IMG/VR virus record: IMGVR_UViG_3300021387_001464
Coordinates: 32,001 to 96,000 of that record
Source: a virus
Lineage: Duplodnaviria; Caudoviricetes
Reading direction: 5' to 3' (one strand)
Length of the DNA: 64,000 nucleotides
Shown here: piece after piece, positions 48,766 through 59,011 of the stretch
Numbering within the stretch: position 1 is the stretch's first letter
How the letters are laid out: every line of letters begins with the position of its first letter
Program-made: the position numbers and the translations under genes
The notes under the pieces: generated by a model
Databases searched by the model: none
What the model was told of the DNA's origin: nothing
The model's input: the letters and a program-made list of their open reading frames with translations, nothing else

Positions 48766-48870
48766 ATGGATAATTTCAGAAGAAGGCTGATGATGGCCGC
48801 ACAGGCCGTCAAGGAGATATGGGACGCATGGTTCCGCTCGGAAGGATGGTTTCACTCCGAGGGATGGTAG
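48766..48870 (+). CDS. Small protein (34 aa)
   Basis: Read by hand: MDNFRRRLMMAAQAVKEIWDAWFRSEGWFHSEGW. Confidence 0.5.
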   Translation: MDNFRRRLMMAAQAVKEIWDAWFRSEGWFHSEGW

Positions 48871-48907
48871 TGGTTAGTTGATAGTTTAGAGTTTAAAGTT
48901 TATAGAT

Positions 48908-51900
48908 ATGGCAAGAACAAAGAAAATAGTCATTGAAGGTCAGAACCTTCTGACGAATATCACCCAGCCTTGGGGTGGAGTGAATAACGGCGAGAGTGTA
49001 ATAACAGTCTATGGCACGCAAGTGCCTCCAGGTTATGAGTGGGGTGTGAACCGAGGCGAGATAGAGCGGTTTATGAAGGAGCAATATGGAACGAAGTTTG
49101 GTGACTTCCGTACCACTGATCCTGATGCGAACAACTTCATCCATCTGCTCTGCTTTGCTACCAAGGCAGACGCGGCGGCGTGGGACGAAGACCCGGAGGG
49201 CGCTGCAGAGTTGATAGTGAAAGACCTGACTATCCCCATCTCTACGGCGAGCGTGGATAGCTATGTCGCCACACTATCGACCAATCGCAGTACCAGCATC
49301 CAGTATCTGATGAAGGACGGCGACGACTTCTATATTCCACTGCGTCTGAACGCCACGCATATCATTGCCGCTACCTCGACGCAAGAGCCGATGTCCGGCA
49401 ATGGTACGCTGATAGTGGAACGTAGCAACAACGGCACGGACTGGACACAGGTGCGCAGCAGTACGATGGCGGCCAGCAGTGAGCAGACAGGCTATCCGAT
49501 GACTATCAATATGAAGGGATTGCTTGTTGACGGCAACCTGAACTATATCCGTCTGCGTGCTACCTTCCCCTATACCGACACAGAGGGGCAGGCAAAGGTG
49601 ATGGGTACAACGCCTATCGTATTGCAAGTAAATAGTGTGTCGCTGACCGTCGAAATGACTACACCCTGGCATGAGCCGCAGGTTGATCCGTCGGCGCTAT
49701 CACTGGCGTACAATATCCGTGGAAACATTAACAGAGTGCTGCATCTGAAGGTAACGGGCTCAGCGGGTACTTACGAGACGTCACAGACCGTCACTGCCGC
49801 ACAGACGCAGGCTACCTTCTCGCTGGTAGAAATGTCAGCCTACGGACTGCTGACGCACGGCATTAAGACCTGTGAGGCATGGCTGACGGCAGGTGACGAG
49901 ACGTCTGGAGAGCTGGAGAGCGAGCATCTGATTAACCGAATCATGGTGGTGCGGACGTCGGCAGGTGAAGAGGTGTATATGCAGCCGAAGTTGCTCATCT
50001 CTGAAATGAAGAGCGAGGTGGAAAACTTCGTGCAGACCCGCTTGCTGGCCTACGCCATCTACTCGCCGACCAAGAACAGCGAGGGTGACATCGTGAACAA
50101 CGGTCCTGCCATCCCTACTACGTTCATTCTGACTAACTCTGCTAACAGTATTATATCGTCTCAGCAGAACCGCTACGCCTCGGTGCTCGTCACGCCACAG
50201 CCAGGACAGCGCTACTATCTCGACCTGACGGTGGAGATTGAGCAGGACGGCGACACATTAGCATCGTTCCTGCACGCTACCCGCGAGGTGAACGGCGTGG
50301 CGCGTGACTTCTTGTTGGAGTCTATCGGCAGCGGCAGTATCTACCTGCGTGTCGATAACACGGGCGGCTTCCAGCCTACAGCAGGCTCCACGTTCCTGCT
50401 AAACCCCAAGCAACGCAACAACGAGGAAGCTAACCCGATGACCATTCTCAATGCCAAGGCCAACAATGCAGTCATAGACAGTGAGTGGCAGAACTTCCGC
50501 TTAGGTAACGAGGACGGCTATATCAAGGATGAGAACGGCGAGTCGTGCCTGCGTATTCCTGCCGGCCGCAAGCTCTTCATTCGTTACAATCCGCTCGCAC
50601 TACTCTACCGTTCACCAAACGCTTCGCTGACGATGGAGTTCGACGTGGCTATCCGCAACATCACCAACGAAGATGATCCTATCCTGAAACTCGCCGAGCA
50701 GGTGAGTGGCGTGTGGCGCGGTCTGCGCCTGTTGCCGATGACGGGTTTCTTCACCACTGAGTCATGGAATGCCGACGAAGAGAGTGATTTCCGTTGGAGC
50801 GAGGATGAGCGTACACATATTGCTGTCAATATTGTCAACGCTGTCTATCCCAATGCGCACGGCGATGCGCTGGTGACAGCCGAGAAGGAGGCACAGGGTC
50901 GCGGCTCTATGTCGCTGGTTCGCATCTTTATAAATGGCATCATCAAGCGCGAACTGGTATATACCCCGTCGGCTACAGAGTTCTGCACGGGCTCAATGAG
51001 TAATGGCGGATTCGAGATTGGTCAGAATGGTGCCGACATAGACATCTATGGTATGCGATTCTTCGAGGGTGTAGCCCTCGACTCAGAAAATGTCAAGCAA
51101 GACTGGCTTTCGACAATACCAGACAGCGACAAAAAAAGAAGAATTAAGGCCGAAAATGATATTATCGACCCGAACACTGGCCTGATAGGTCTCGACTATA
51201 TTGCCGGCAATGGTAATATAGTAGGTCTTCGTCGTAACTGGCTCATCTGGCATGGAAATGAGCCGTATCACGACAATGTTCACAAGAACGAAACAGGCTG
51301 GATTGAGTGGGCTCGGTATGACAATGACGGCAACTATCTGCCAGAATATTCAGGTACATTTTGCAAAGAAACAAAGAGTGTCCCACAAAAGCCACAGGGT
51401 ACAACAGCCAAGACTTACTACTACTACAATGATCAGTGGGATTGCGGCAAGGCAACTGGCATCATCACCATTGACATCACCATGTTGCACAGCAGTATCA
51501 CGGCTGAGTGGGATGCTAACTACGAATGGCTGGACGGTGACAAACAGCCAACGGGCGAGGTTGGTGCATGGATGATGAAGGGTGGTTACTTAGGTAAGAA
51601 TTTCCCGCTGCCTACGGAGTCAGCCCTTCCGTATCACGGTACACCGACCACCGTCACCGTACCCGACGGCTGGATCGACGGCAATGGCAAGTATCGTGGT
51701 GTTGGCGTACAGATAGCCGAGGGAATTCCGATGGCACAGAAAACTGTCAACAAGATTAACTATGCCTCCAGCATGCAGTCGCACCTGATTGGCATCAACT
51801 GGCTCTACAATGAACTGCATACACGTATCTGCGGTAAGAACACCATGCAGCTGGCAGTCGATGGCGCAATGGTGGCCAAGCGCACCGAGCCGTTCCTGTT

Positions 51901-54900
51901 CTTCACACAGGCAGAAGGCGCACAGCGGGCAGTATTCCGTGGTCCTTCCGCATGGGGAGCAGGTAAGATGGACAAACCATCGTGGGGCTATGTGAAGTCA
52001 GCACATTCCGACTTCTGCATGATTGAGGGTGCTGATAACGACAAGCAGCTGACGGATATGCGTGTGCCCTGGGATGATGAAGCGCACGGTGGCACCCCTG
52101 CCAAGGTTTACTATGATCCCGACGAGGAAGCCTTCTATTACCGCATAGCAGGTGGTGATGCTGAGAAGTGTATCGACTTCGACGCTGGCAAGACGGACGA
52201 TGACGGCTATCCGAAGTCTAATATCGTAGGCTATATCAAGGCAGCATGGAACTTCCTGTATCTGCATGCTCCCCGCATACGTCACTACGAGGGGACGCTG
52301 GCAGAGTTCATGACAGACGCGGAGTGGGCACAGCGGCCTATCACCGCCGAAACCACAGAGGAAGAGCGTGAGCGCATCGAACTGGCCCGCAGCCGCGTGA
52401 ACACCGCCAACAAGTATTGGTGTCACTCCGAAGGTGGCAGTGCTGCAGGTGACTATCTGCTGAAGCGTTATGACTTCGCGGATGGTGAGTGGGTGGATGC
52501 TGGACTTTGGAATGGTACGCAGTACGCCCAGATAGACCTCCGCACCTACAGCATGACGGCAGCGGCATGGAACGCGCTGACGGAGGCCGAGCGCAACCAG
52601 AGTGCCATCGTCAACAAGGCTTTCGTGGATGCTATCGTCGCCGACTGCCGAGCAAACATCGGCAACTACTTCAAGGTGTCGTCGCTGAAGTTCCACTACT
52701 GCTTCCAGAACCACTTTATCGCCGGAACGGATAACTGTTCAAAAAATACCTACTATGTACTCGACCCGTCAACGCATCTGTTCGAGATGCACCAGGACGA
52801 TGTTGACACGACGCTGGCAACGGACAACAGCGGCTTGCAGTCGAAGCCGTACTACATTGACCGTATGCACCCGTATGGCGGTGCTAATGCCAAGCGTATC
52901 GCCATGACAGGTGATGTGGATAACGCCAACATCTTGTACGAGGGCTATTACAACGTCCTTTTCGACCTCTGTGAGCTGATGTATGAGCCGACAGGAGAGC
53001 TGCAGGCCATGATGCACACCATCTTATCGGAGATGGCTTCGCTGACGGGCGGACTTGACAACGAGGAAACAACGGCCATGAGTGGCGTATGGAAGGCATT
53101 GAACCGTTATCTGTTCAACATTCAGCGCTACTTCCCTGCCACCGTGTATAATGAGGCAGCACGCATCCGTTACGAGTTCCCCGAACTGATAGGTTTCCTG
53201 TCGGACATCCGTGCGGTACGTCCCATCAAGCAGTCGTTGGGCGACCAGTTGCAGGCTGAGCTTCAGTTTATGAAGCGCCGCCTTGTCTATATGGCGTCGT
53301 ATGCTGCCTTTGGCGAGTTCACTCCTACCGGATTACGCAGCGGACTGACAGGACTGAGCGAGGCTACCGACTCGTTCGGTATGCAGAAGTTTGCCCTGCC
53401 TGGTTCTTCGTCTCCCTCTCCCTACGTCTTTAACCTCGTTCCGCACCAGTGGATATACCCGACGGGCGGACGTGAGACGAACAACCTCATCGACCCTCAT
53501 GAGCGTGTGGCTCCCGGCGACACCTTTGTGCTTGACATCAATCCAGGACAGGCTTCTGACCTCGGTGTGAATGTGTTCGGACTGAACTACTACCGCGAGC
53601 TGGGCAACGTAGGTGACATGGTAGCCAACAACGGACAGGCTAACTTTACACTGAACGGTCGCCGACTGGTGAAGTTCGAGGCTGTTCCAACAGTTTTCTA
53701 TACTGATGCACAGCTGCCGGCCTTCCGTGTGAACAACATCATTATCGGCTCTGCTACACGCCTGAAGGAGTTCAACGTGAGAGGTGCGGTGATTGGTACT
53801 GGTACGCTGAACCTGTCATCGCTGACCCTTGCTGAGACAATAGACACGAGGAATACCAAGATTTCGCAAATCCGCCTGCCGGAAACATCGACACTAACAA
53901 CGCTTCGTCTGCCTGCCACGCTGACGCAACTGTCGCTGACGGGACAGTCGGGACTGAGCACGCTCGACGTGCAGGGTGTCGATGTGATGACGCAGCTGAC
54001 GATGACGGGCGTTCCCCTGCTGATGGGTGTGCGTTCGATGGTGCTCTGTGACGCCCTGCGCTCTGCCGACACGCGCCGCGAGAATACCACTACACTTATC
54101 CGACTGGCAGACATCGACTGGACGGAAGTGCAGGCTAACCTGATGAAATGGTTGATAGGTGTTGGTGATAACGGCACATGTGACATCACGGGCAGCATCG
54201 TCATGTTCAACGGTGTCGGGGCTGCTACACTGTCATACGAAGAGGTGGCGAAGTTAATCACAAGATATGGCGACATACGCTCGACCGACAATTCGCTGTA
54301 CGTCAATTATCCGACTACCAATATTACGACCGACAGCATATCTATTGAAGGAAAGAAATATGTTGTTAATGCTGACATTGAGACTGACAGTGAGGGCAAC
54401 AGGTGGTGGAAACAACTTGGACTTTTGGTAAGCAGCGGTAACAACGTCGCTATCGTCACTACTCCTGACGGTCGCATCATCCCCGATGTGCGATGGGAGT
54501 TTGTAGAACCCGATGCCGATACCTTTGCCGAGTTCCCTGATGAGTTCTCTTCATGGATTGTCATCAATAGCCTTGCAGCAAGACAGGTGCGTACCGTCCG
54601 TGTGACGCTGCATACCACTACGGGTGTCGATGTGACATGCGACAAGAAGGTAGGCTTTTGGAATCGCGTTCCAGAAGTGGGTGACTTTGCGTGGACCGAC
54701 GGAACATTCGATAACGAAGATGACCAGTCCAAGAAGATGGCTGGCGTTGTAGTGATGCGTGAGGTGCTGGAACGTGATGAAGAGGATAATATCATCGCCG
54801 CTAAGTTGTGGGTAGAAGGTACTCACAATATCGGTCTTCCTGCGAGCTATGTAGGTCGCGGCAGCGCTAACGTTCCGACATACAACGACCAGGGATTCAC

Positions 54901-55909
54901 GACATCGTGGGGTATCTATCCGAGCGCTTCGCTTGGATTCAGCGACGCCACAGGCGAAAATGCCGATCCGCTGATAGCGCATATCCGCAGTGAACTGGGT
55001 GTCAGCGACCCGTTCGAGACCCCGCTGCCGAACAAATCGACCGACTTTTATATATCCCCATCCACATACCAGGATGAGACGAACGATCAGCCTGTTAGCG
55101 GTGCTATGGAAACAAGTACCACCTACGCACAGGCTGGTGACGGAACGGGCTATAAGCAGAGAACACAGAGTGAGGCCGCCATGGACTTTGCGACGGAGTA
55201 TGAGAATGCGACGCTGCTTGCTTATGCCAACCGCATCTTAAAGGCCGTCTATACCTATTTCCCAACCATCCACAGTCAGATAGAGGCGCTTGGCATGAGG
55301 GTAGGTATTGACATTGATGCCGAGGACATTCCGCTGACTCGTCAGGCTGCTGCAGACATTATGATGCTGATCATTGAAGCTGCCGACGCTGCGGCAGGTG
55401 GCAATCTGACTGGCCTCGCACGTTATCGTGAGCTGATGTTCATTCCCGTCCGTGTATGCTCGCTGTGGAGTCCCGCCGAGGTAGCGGCTAACGCTATCAC
55501 AGAGGAGGAACTTGATGAGCAGTACCGTCGCGGAAAGTGGATGCTGCCAAGTAACGGTCTGCTGGCACGTATCTTCAACTTCCTGTGGAATAGTAGCTGC
55601 ACTACGGATCCTGATACCGGAGCTAAAACCCGTACCAACGGAGCGCAGGCGACTATCAATAATAGTAACGAGCGGTCTGGTGAATTTGTCGCACACGAAG
55701 CGCAGCTGCCATTATTCTCTAATGTGTTATACAGAAGCAACAGTAGGCGAAACATCAATCTGAGTGCCAGCAGTAACCATTGGAGTGTTACGGAGTACTA
55801 CCGCAACCTCGCGAGGTACGTGTACTTCATCAATGGCCTCGTGAGCTACTACGGCAAGTACTACAGTAACGTTGTTCGTCCTGTCGCAGCATTCATATTT
55901 AGGGCGTAG
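48908..55909 (+). CDS. DGR target: large receptor-binding/tail protein with a C-terminal C-type-lectin-like VR
   Basis: 2333 aa; CotH-like DN..KN.Y/D.D segment, LRR-like region, terminal W.LPS...HWSVTE...VRPVAAF. Confidence 0.88.
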   Translation: MARTKKIVIEGQNLLTNITQPWGGVNNGESVITVYGTQVPPGYEWGVNRGEIERFMKEQYGTKFGDFRTTDPDANNFIHLLCFATKADAAAWDEDPEGAAELIVKDLTIPISTASVDSYVATLSTNRSTSIQYLMKDGDDFYIPLRLNATHIIAATSTQEPMSGNGTLIVERSNNGTDWTQVRSSTMAASSEQTGYPMTINMKGLLVDGNLNYIRLRATFPYTDTEGQAKVMGTTPIVLQVNSVSLTVEMTTPWHEPQVDPSALSLAYNIRGNINRVLHLKVTGSAGTYETSQTVTAAQTQATFSLVEMSAYGLLTHGIKTCEAWLTAGDETSGELESEHLINRIMVVRTSAGEEVYMQPKLLISEMKSEVENFVQTRLLAYAIYSPTKNSEGDIVNNGPAIPTTFILTNSANSIISSQQNRYASVLVTPQPGQRYYLDLTVEIEQDGDTLASFLHATREVNGVARDFLLESIGSGSIYLRVDNTGGFQPTAGSTFLLNPKQRNNEEANPMTILNAKANNAVIDSEWQNFRLGNEDGYIKDENGESCLRIPAGRKLFIRYNPLALLYRSPNASLTMEFDVAIRNITNEDDPILKLAEQVSGVWRGLRLLPMTGFFTTESWNADEESDFRWSEDERTHIAVNIVNAVYPNAHGDALVTAEKEAQGRGSMSLVRIFINGIIKRELVYTPSATEFCTGSMSNGGFEIGQNGADIDIYGMRFFEGVALDSENVKQDWLSTIPDSDKKRRIKAENDIIDPNTGLIGLDYIAGNGNIVGLRRNWLIWHGNEPYHDNVHKNETGWIEWARYDNDGNYLPEYSGTFCKETKSVPQKPQGTTAKTYYYYNDQWDCGKATGIITIDITMLHSSITAEWDANYEWLDGDKQPTGEVGAWMMKGGYLGKNFPLPTESALPYHGTPTTVTVPDGWIDGNGKYRGVGVQIAEGIPMAQKTVNKINYASSMQSHLIGINWLYNELHTRICGKNTMQLAVDGAMVAKRTEPFLFFTQAEGAQRAVFRGPSAWGAGKMDKPSWGYVKSAHSDFCMIEGADNDKQLTDMRVPWDDEAHGGTPAKVYYDPDEEAFYYRIAGGDAEKCIDFDAGKTDDDGYPKSNIVGYIKAAWNFLYLHAPRIRHYEGTLAEFMTDAEWAQRPITAETTEEERERIELARSRVNTANKYWCHSEGGSAAGDYLLKRYDFADGEWVDAGLWNGTQYAQIDLRTYSMTAAAWNALTEAERNQSAIVNKAFVDAIVADCRANIGNYFKVSSLKFHYCFQNHFIAGTDNCSKNTYYVLDPSTHLFEMHQDDVDTTLATDNSGLQSKPYYIDRMHPYGGANAKRIAMTGDVDNANILYEGYYNVLFDLCELMYEPTGELQAMMHTILSEMASLTGGLDNEETTAMSGVWKALNRYLFNIQRYFPATVYNEAARIRYEFPELIGFLSDIRAVRPIKQSLGDQLQAELQFMKRRLVYMASYAAFGEFTPTGLRSGLTGLSEATDSFGMQKFALPGSSSPSPYVFNLVPHQWIYPTGGRETNNLIDPHERVAPGDTFVLDINPGQASDLGVNVFGLNYYRELGNVGDMVANNGQANFTLNGRRLVKFEAVPTVFYTDAQLPAFRVNNIIIGSATRLKEFNVRGAVIGTGTLNLSSLTLAETIDTRNTKISQIRLPETSTLTTLRLPATLTQLSLTGQSGLSTLDVQGVDVMTQLTMTGVPLLMGVRSMVLCDALRSADTRRENTTTLIRLADIDWTEVQANLMKWLIGVGDNGTCDITGSIVMFNGVGAATLSYEEVAKLITRYGDIRSTDNSLYVNYPTTNITTDSISIEGKKYVVNADIETDSEGNRWWKQLGLLVSSGNNVAIVTTPDGRIIPDVRWEFVEPDADTFAEFPDEFSSWIVINSLAARQVRTVRVTLHTTTGVDVTCDKKVGFWNRVPEVGDFAWTDGTFDNEDDQSKKMAGVVVMREVLERDEEDNIIAAKLWVEGTHNIGLPASYVGRGSANVPTYNDQGFTTSWGIYPSASLGFSDATGENADPLIAHIRSELGVSDPFETPLPNKSTDFYISPSTYQDETNDQPVSGAMETSTTYAQAGDGTGYKQRTQSEAAMDFATEYENATLLAYANRILKAVYTYFPTIHSQIEALGMRVGIDIDAEDIPLTRQAAADIMMLIIEAADAAAGGNLTGLARYRELMFIPVRVCSLWSPAEVAANAITEEELDEQYRRGKWMLPSNGLLARIFNFLWNSSCTTDPDTGAKTRTNGAQATINNSNERSGEFVAHEAQLPLFSNVLYRSNSRRNINLSASSNHWSVTEYYRNLARYVYFINGLVSYYGKYYSNVVRPVAAFIFRA
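55770..55894 (+). repeat. DGR variable repeat (VR)
   Basis: 125 bp matching the TR except for 15 mismatches, all at TR adenines. Confidence 0.97.
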
Positions 55910-55929
55910 TCCATATTCACTGCTTTTAC

Positions 55930-55955
55930 GGGTAGCGGCCTTGAAGCCGCTACCC
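55930..55955 (+). other. DGR downstream hairpin/cruciform
   Basis: GGGTAGCGGC-CTTGAA-GCCGCTACCC, perfect 10-bp stem 35 nt after the VR. Confidence 0.8.
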
Positions 55956-56094
55956 TCCGAAGCGAAACAAATAAGAAATCAATGAAAGAATACTGCACCG
56001 AGGTAGAAGACGTACAGCAGACGGTCAGCGAAACGTACATCATTGGCCAAATGAGATTAACAATAACAGAATATAACGGAAAACTCACAGCACA

Positions 56095-56568
56095 ATGGGA
56101 GAGAATGTAACAGAGAAGCCCACCGCCGGCGTACATATTCCTGAAGAGGTGGTGCGTCAGAGTGAAGAAAAGAAACAGCAGCACCGCACGATACGGCAGA
56201 CGCAGGTGTACCGTGACGTGGCGAACCTGAAATATCTAATCGTCCGTCACATGAGTAATGCTCCACGGAAGTACGCCAAGTATTTCGACGAGATGCTTGT
56301 TACGGTTAGCAACGCCAAGCAGAGCCTTGCGCTCGGACTGATAGGGCGCAACGTAGAGCAGCAGTACGAGAACATGAGCTATGCACAGGTGATGGTAGAG
56401 GATATTCAGGATGACGCCATCATCCTGCACCAGCTGGGGTTGGTAGATAAAAAAGAGAAGAAAAGTATAAGGAGCTTGGCACAAAAGATAGCCGCGCAGA
56501 TAGTCCGGCTGCGCGATTATTACAAAAGCCAGGGGATAGACATGAACGGTAAAACGTGTGAACCATGA
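56095..56568 (+). CDS. avd: DGR accessory Avd-like four-helix bundle protein
   Basis: 157-aa helical protein (VYRD..L......PR.Y) between target and TR/RT. Confidence 0.78.
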   Translation: MGENVTEKPTAGVHIPEEVVRQSEEKKQQHRTIRQTQVYRDVANLKYLIVRHMSNAPRKYAKYFDEMLVTVSNAKQSLALGLIGRNVEQQYENMSYAQVMVEDIQDDAIILHQLGLVDKKEKKSIRSLAQKIAAQIVRLRDYYKSQGIDMNGKTCEP

Positions 56569-58046
56569 GCTATCGAGCGCTACATAATCGGCTGAATGGG
56601 CGTCTTACTGCGGGAGGAAACTCCTTCAGTTACGAAGATGCAAAGACGCAAAAAGGCAGTAACCATTGGAGTGTTACGGAGAACAACCGCAACAACGCGA
56701 GGAACGTGAACTTCAACAATGGCAACGTGAACAACAACAACAAGTACAACAGTAACGTTGTTCGTCCTGTCGCAGCATTCGGTGATGTTGTGTCAACTCC
56801 TTTTCTTCTCTTTCTTCTCTCTGTCTGGAAGGCATACCACGACTGCTTGCGAAATAAGATGTCATCGACGCAGGCAGTGGAATACATGCAGATAGCTGCC
56901 TTCGACATACCCTGCCTGGCCTGGGAGCTATGGACAGGCACCTACCAGCCAGGCATATCCACTTGTTTTCTTGTCCGCTATCCCAAGTGGCGCGAAGTTT
57001 TTGCCGCCTGCTTCCGCGACCGTATCGTACATCACTGGATTTGCCTGCGCCTGGAGCCCTTGTTTGAGCTTCGCTTTCGTGAGCAAGGCAACGTAAGTTT
57101 CAACTGCCGCAAGGGGTTCGGTACCGACAGGGCTGTTGAGTACGTGTCAGAGGCCATGCGCCGCATTAGCGACAACTATCATAAGCCCGCGTGGGTATTC
57201 CGTGGTGACATCGTAGGTTTCTTTATGGCCATCAACAAGGAGCTGTTATGGTATCTGCTGGAGCGCTTCATGCGCCGCTGGCAGTTCCGCGAGCAACATT
57301 TCGGATGGTGTAAGTACGGTTTGGCAGGACAACCGAAAATGTACTGGGACATTCTCTTTAATGTGACGCGCATCATAGTGATGCACCACCCCGAACAGAA
57401 CTGCGTATTGAACTCACCCGTACACTTGTGGAAGAACCTCGCGCCAAACAAGAGCCTGTTCACATCGTCAACGGGCGAGCCCATCGGAAACCTGACCACA
57501 CAGTTATTCGCCAATTTCCTGATGTCATTCTTTGTGGCATACGTGCAGTTTGTGTTCCGCCGCAAACGGTTCGACATGGCACAGTTTGTGGATGATTTCG
57601 TGTTGGTATGCGACGATCTACGCTTCCTTGTTGACAGCATTCCGCTGCTCGAGACGTTCCTACGTGACAAACTGCTGCTGACACTCCACGAGAACAAGCG
57701 CTATCTGCAGCCCGTTAGTCACGGCGTGCTGTTTGTCGGCACAATGATTAAGCCGTCAAGACAGTATCTCAGTAACCGCACTATATCAAGAATGACGGAG
57801 AAGTGCAACGGTTTCCGCGAGATACTGAACGGCATGACTACCGATGCCTTGCCGGACCTGACAACACTGGAACATATCGAGCAGGTCGTCAATAGTTACC
57901 TCGGCTTTACTCGACGAAGACAGACCTACGACTTCAGGACGAGCACCATCGACAGTATGGGTGACGCCTTCTGGTGTTACTTTGTCGTGCGTGGACATTA
58001 CGAGAGCATCCGACTGAGACGTCAGTACAGAATGATACATGTTTAA
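56565..58046 (+). CDS. DGR reverse transcriptase; true start may lie downstream of the TR
   Basis: RDRIVHH, SFNCRKGFGT, GDIVGFF, PIGNLTTQLFAN, FVDD, FVG. Confidence 0.95.
   Translation: MSYRALHNRLNGRLTAGGNSFSYEDAKTQKGSNHWSVTENNRNNARNVNFNNGNVNNNNKYNSNVVRPVAAFGDVVSTPFLLFLLSVWKAYHDCLRNKMSSTQAVEYMQIAAFDIPCLAWELWTGTYQPGISTCFLVRYPKWREVFAACFRDRIVHHWICLRLEPLFELRFREQGNVSFNCRKGFGTDRAVEYVSEAMRRISDNYHKPAWVFRGDIVGFFMAINKELLWYLLERFMRRWQFREQHFGWCKYGLAGQPKMYWDILFNVTRIIVMHHPEQNCVLNSPVHLWKNLAPNKSLFTSSTGEPIGNLTTQLFANFLMSFFVAYVQFVFRRKRFDMAQFVDDFVLVCDDLRFLVDSIPLLETFLRDKLLLTLHENKRYLQPVSHGVLFVGTMIKPSRQYLSNRTISRMTEKCNGFREILNGMTTDALPDLTTLEHIEQVVNSYLGFTRRRQTYDFRTSTIDSMGDAFWCYFVVRGHYESIRLRRQYRMIHV
56656..56780 (+). 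repeat. DGR template repeat (TR)
   Basis: AAC-rich copy of the VR. Confidence 0.97.
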
Positions 58047-58064
58047 CCAAAATAATAGCAGATT

Positions 58065-58406
58065 ATGAAACAGATTTATGATTTTGAGCCAAATCCGGTA
58101 GAGACAATCATTTCTACAGGCATGATGACAACAGTGTTTCGCCTCGACATCACCAAGAAGGAAGACGGAACGTATGTGTGTGAAGAAGTAGAGTATAATC
58201 ACAAGGAGCCGCTAACGGAAGAAAAGGATTACGGCCCGATGGTCAGCACGCTCATTCGTGCTCACTACTCGCAAGATCAAGTAGAAGCTATCACGCAGAA
58301 CTACCTCGCCGATTTCGAGGACCGTAAAAAAGAGTTTGATGTTTTGCAGGAGTGGCGTGCGGAATCCAAGCGGATAGCCAAGGCGCTTTTTAATAACATA
58401 CAATAG
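58065..58406 (+). CDS. Hypothetical protein
   Basis: 113 aa; LIRAHYSQDQVEAI.N...QEWR...K. Confidence 0.65.
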   Translation: MKQIYDFEPNPVETIISTGMMTTVFRLDITKKEDGTYVCEEVEYNHKEPLTEEKDYGPMVSTLIRAHYSQDQVEAITQNYLADFEDRKKEFDVLQEWRAESKRIAKALFNNIQ

Positions 58407-58445
58407 TAGCGTACTGAACAATTCCTCTGGGATAGGAATAAAAAA

Positions 58446-58586
58446 GTAATCCCGCCCTGCATAAAGCTCTCTTACCTTCCTTATACATTCAATCTGCCAG
58501 TGACAGCCGGCGGGATTACAATAGTCCTTCTGCTGTTACTGACAGATTTTTATGTCCACTAAGGAAGGTAAGAGGTCGCAAAGATA
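58446..58586 (-). ncRNA. Candidate structured RNA with alternative stems
   Basis: Three long inverted-repeat pairs and a minus-strand TATCTTTG promoter box at 58586-58579. Confidence 0.45.
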
Positions 58587-58610
58587 ATTATAATTTTATA
58601 AAATCTGACA

Positions 58611-58847
58611 ATGAAACGTATAGAATTAACCATTTTTAGTGCAGGCGGGCTTCAAATGTTGCAAAAATGTGGCATCAGACCTGAAGATGGAAAGTATATT
58701 CCACTCTATCGCGAATATGTAGAAATGCTTGAACGCGGCGAGAAAGTGACGTATATTCAAGACGTACTCGCCAAGAAGTACGGCATTTGTCCGCGTACTG
58801 TTTATGACATTTATTCGCGTCTCAATGAGAGTATATCTGTAATATAA
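58611..58847 (+). CDS. Small HTH (Mor/sigma r4-like) protein
   Basis: LAKKYGICPRTVYDIYSRL. Confidence 0.7.
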   Translation: MKRIELTIFSAGGLQMLQKCGIRPEDGKYIPLYREYVEMLERGEKVTYIQDVLAKKYGICPRTVYDIYSRLNESISVI

Positions 58848-59011
58848 TCAATGCTTTGCAAGATGTTTTCAGAATGCGTAAAGTCGTTGCATCGCTATAA
58901 GACGTAATTCTTTGTGTTGCCTGATAATTATGAATAACTTCGCAAGCGGATATCCAAAAGGATTTCCACTACAGTTCACTTAATTATTAACAACACAAAA
59001 ACATTACAACT

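Noticed and set aside
56565-58046. Group II intron or retron RT
   Set aside because: A TR/VR pair with adenine-specific mismatches and an avd-like gene identify a DGR
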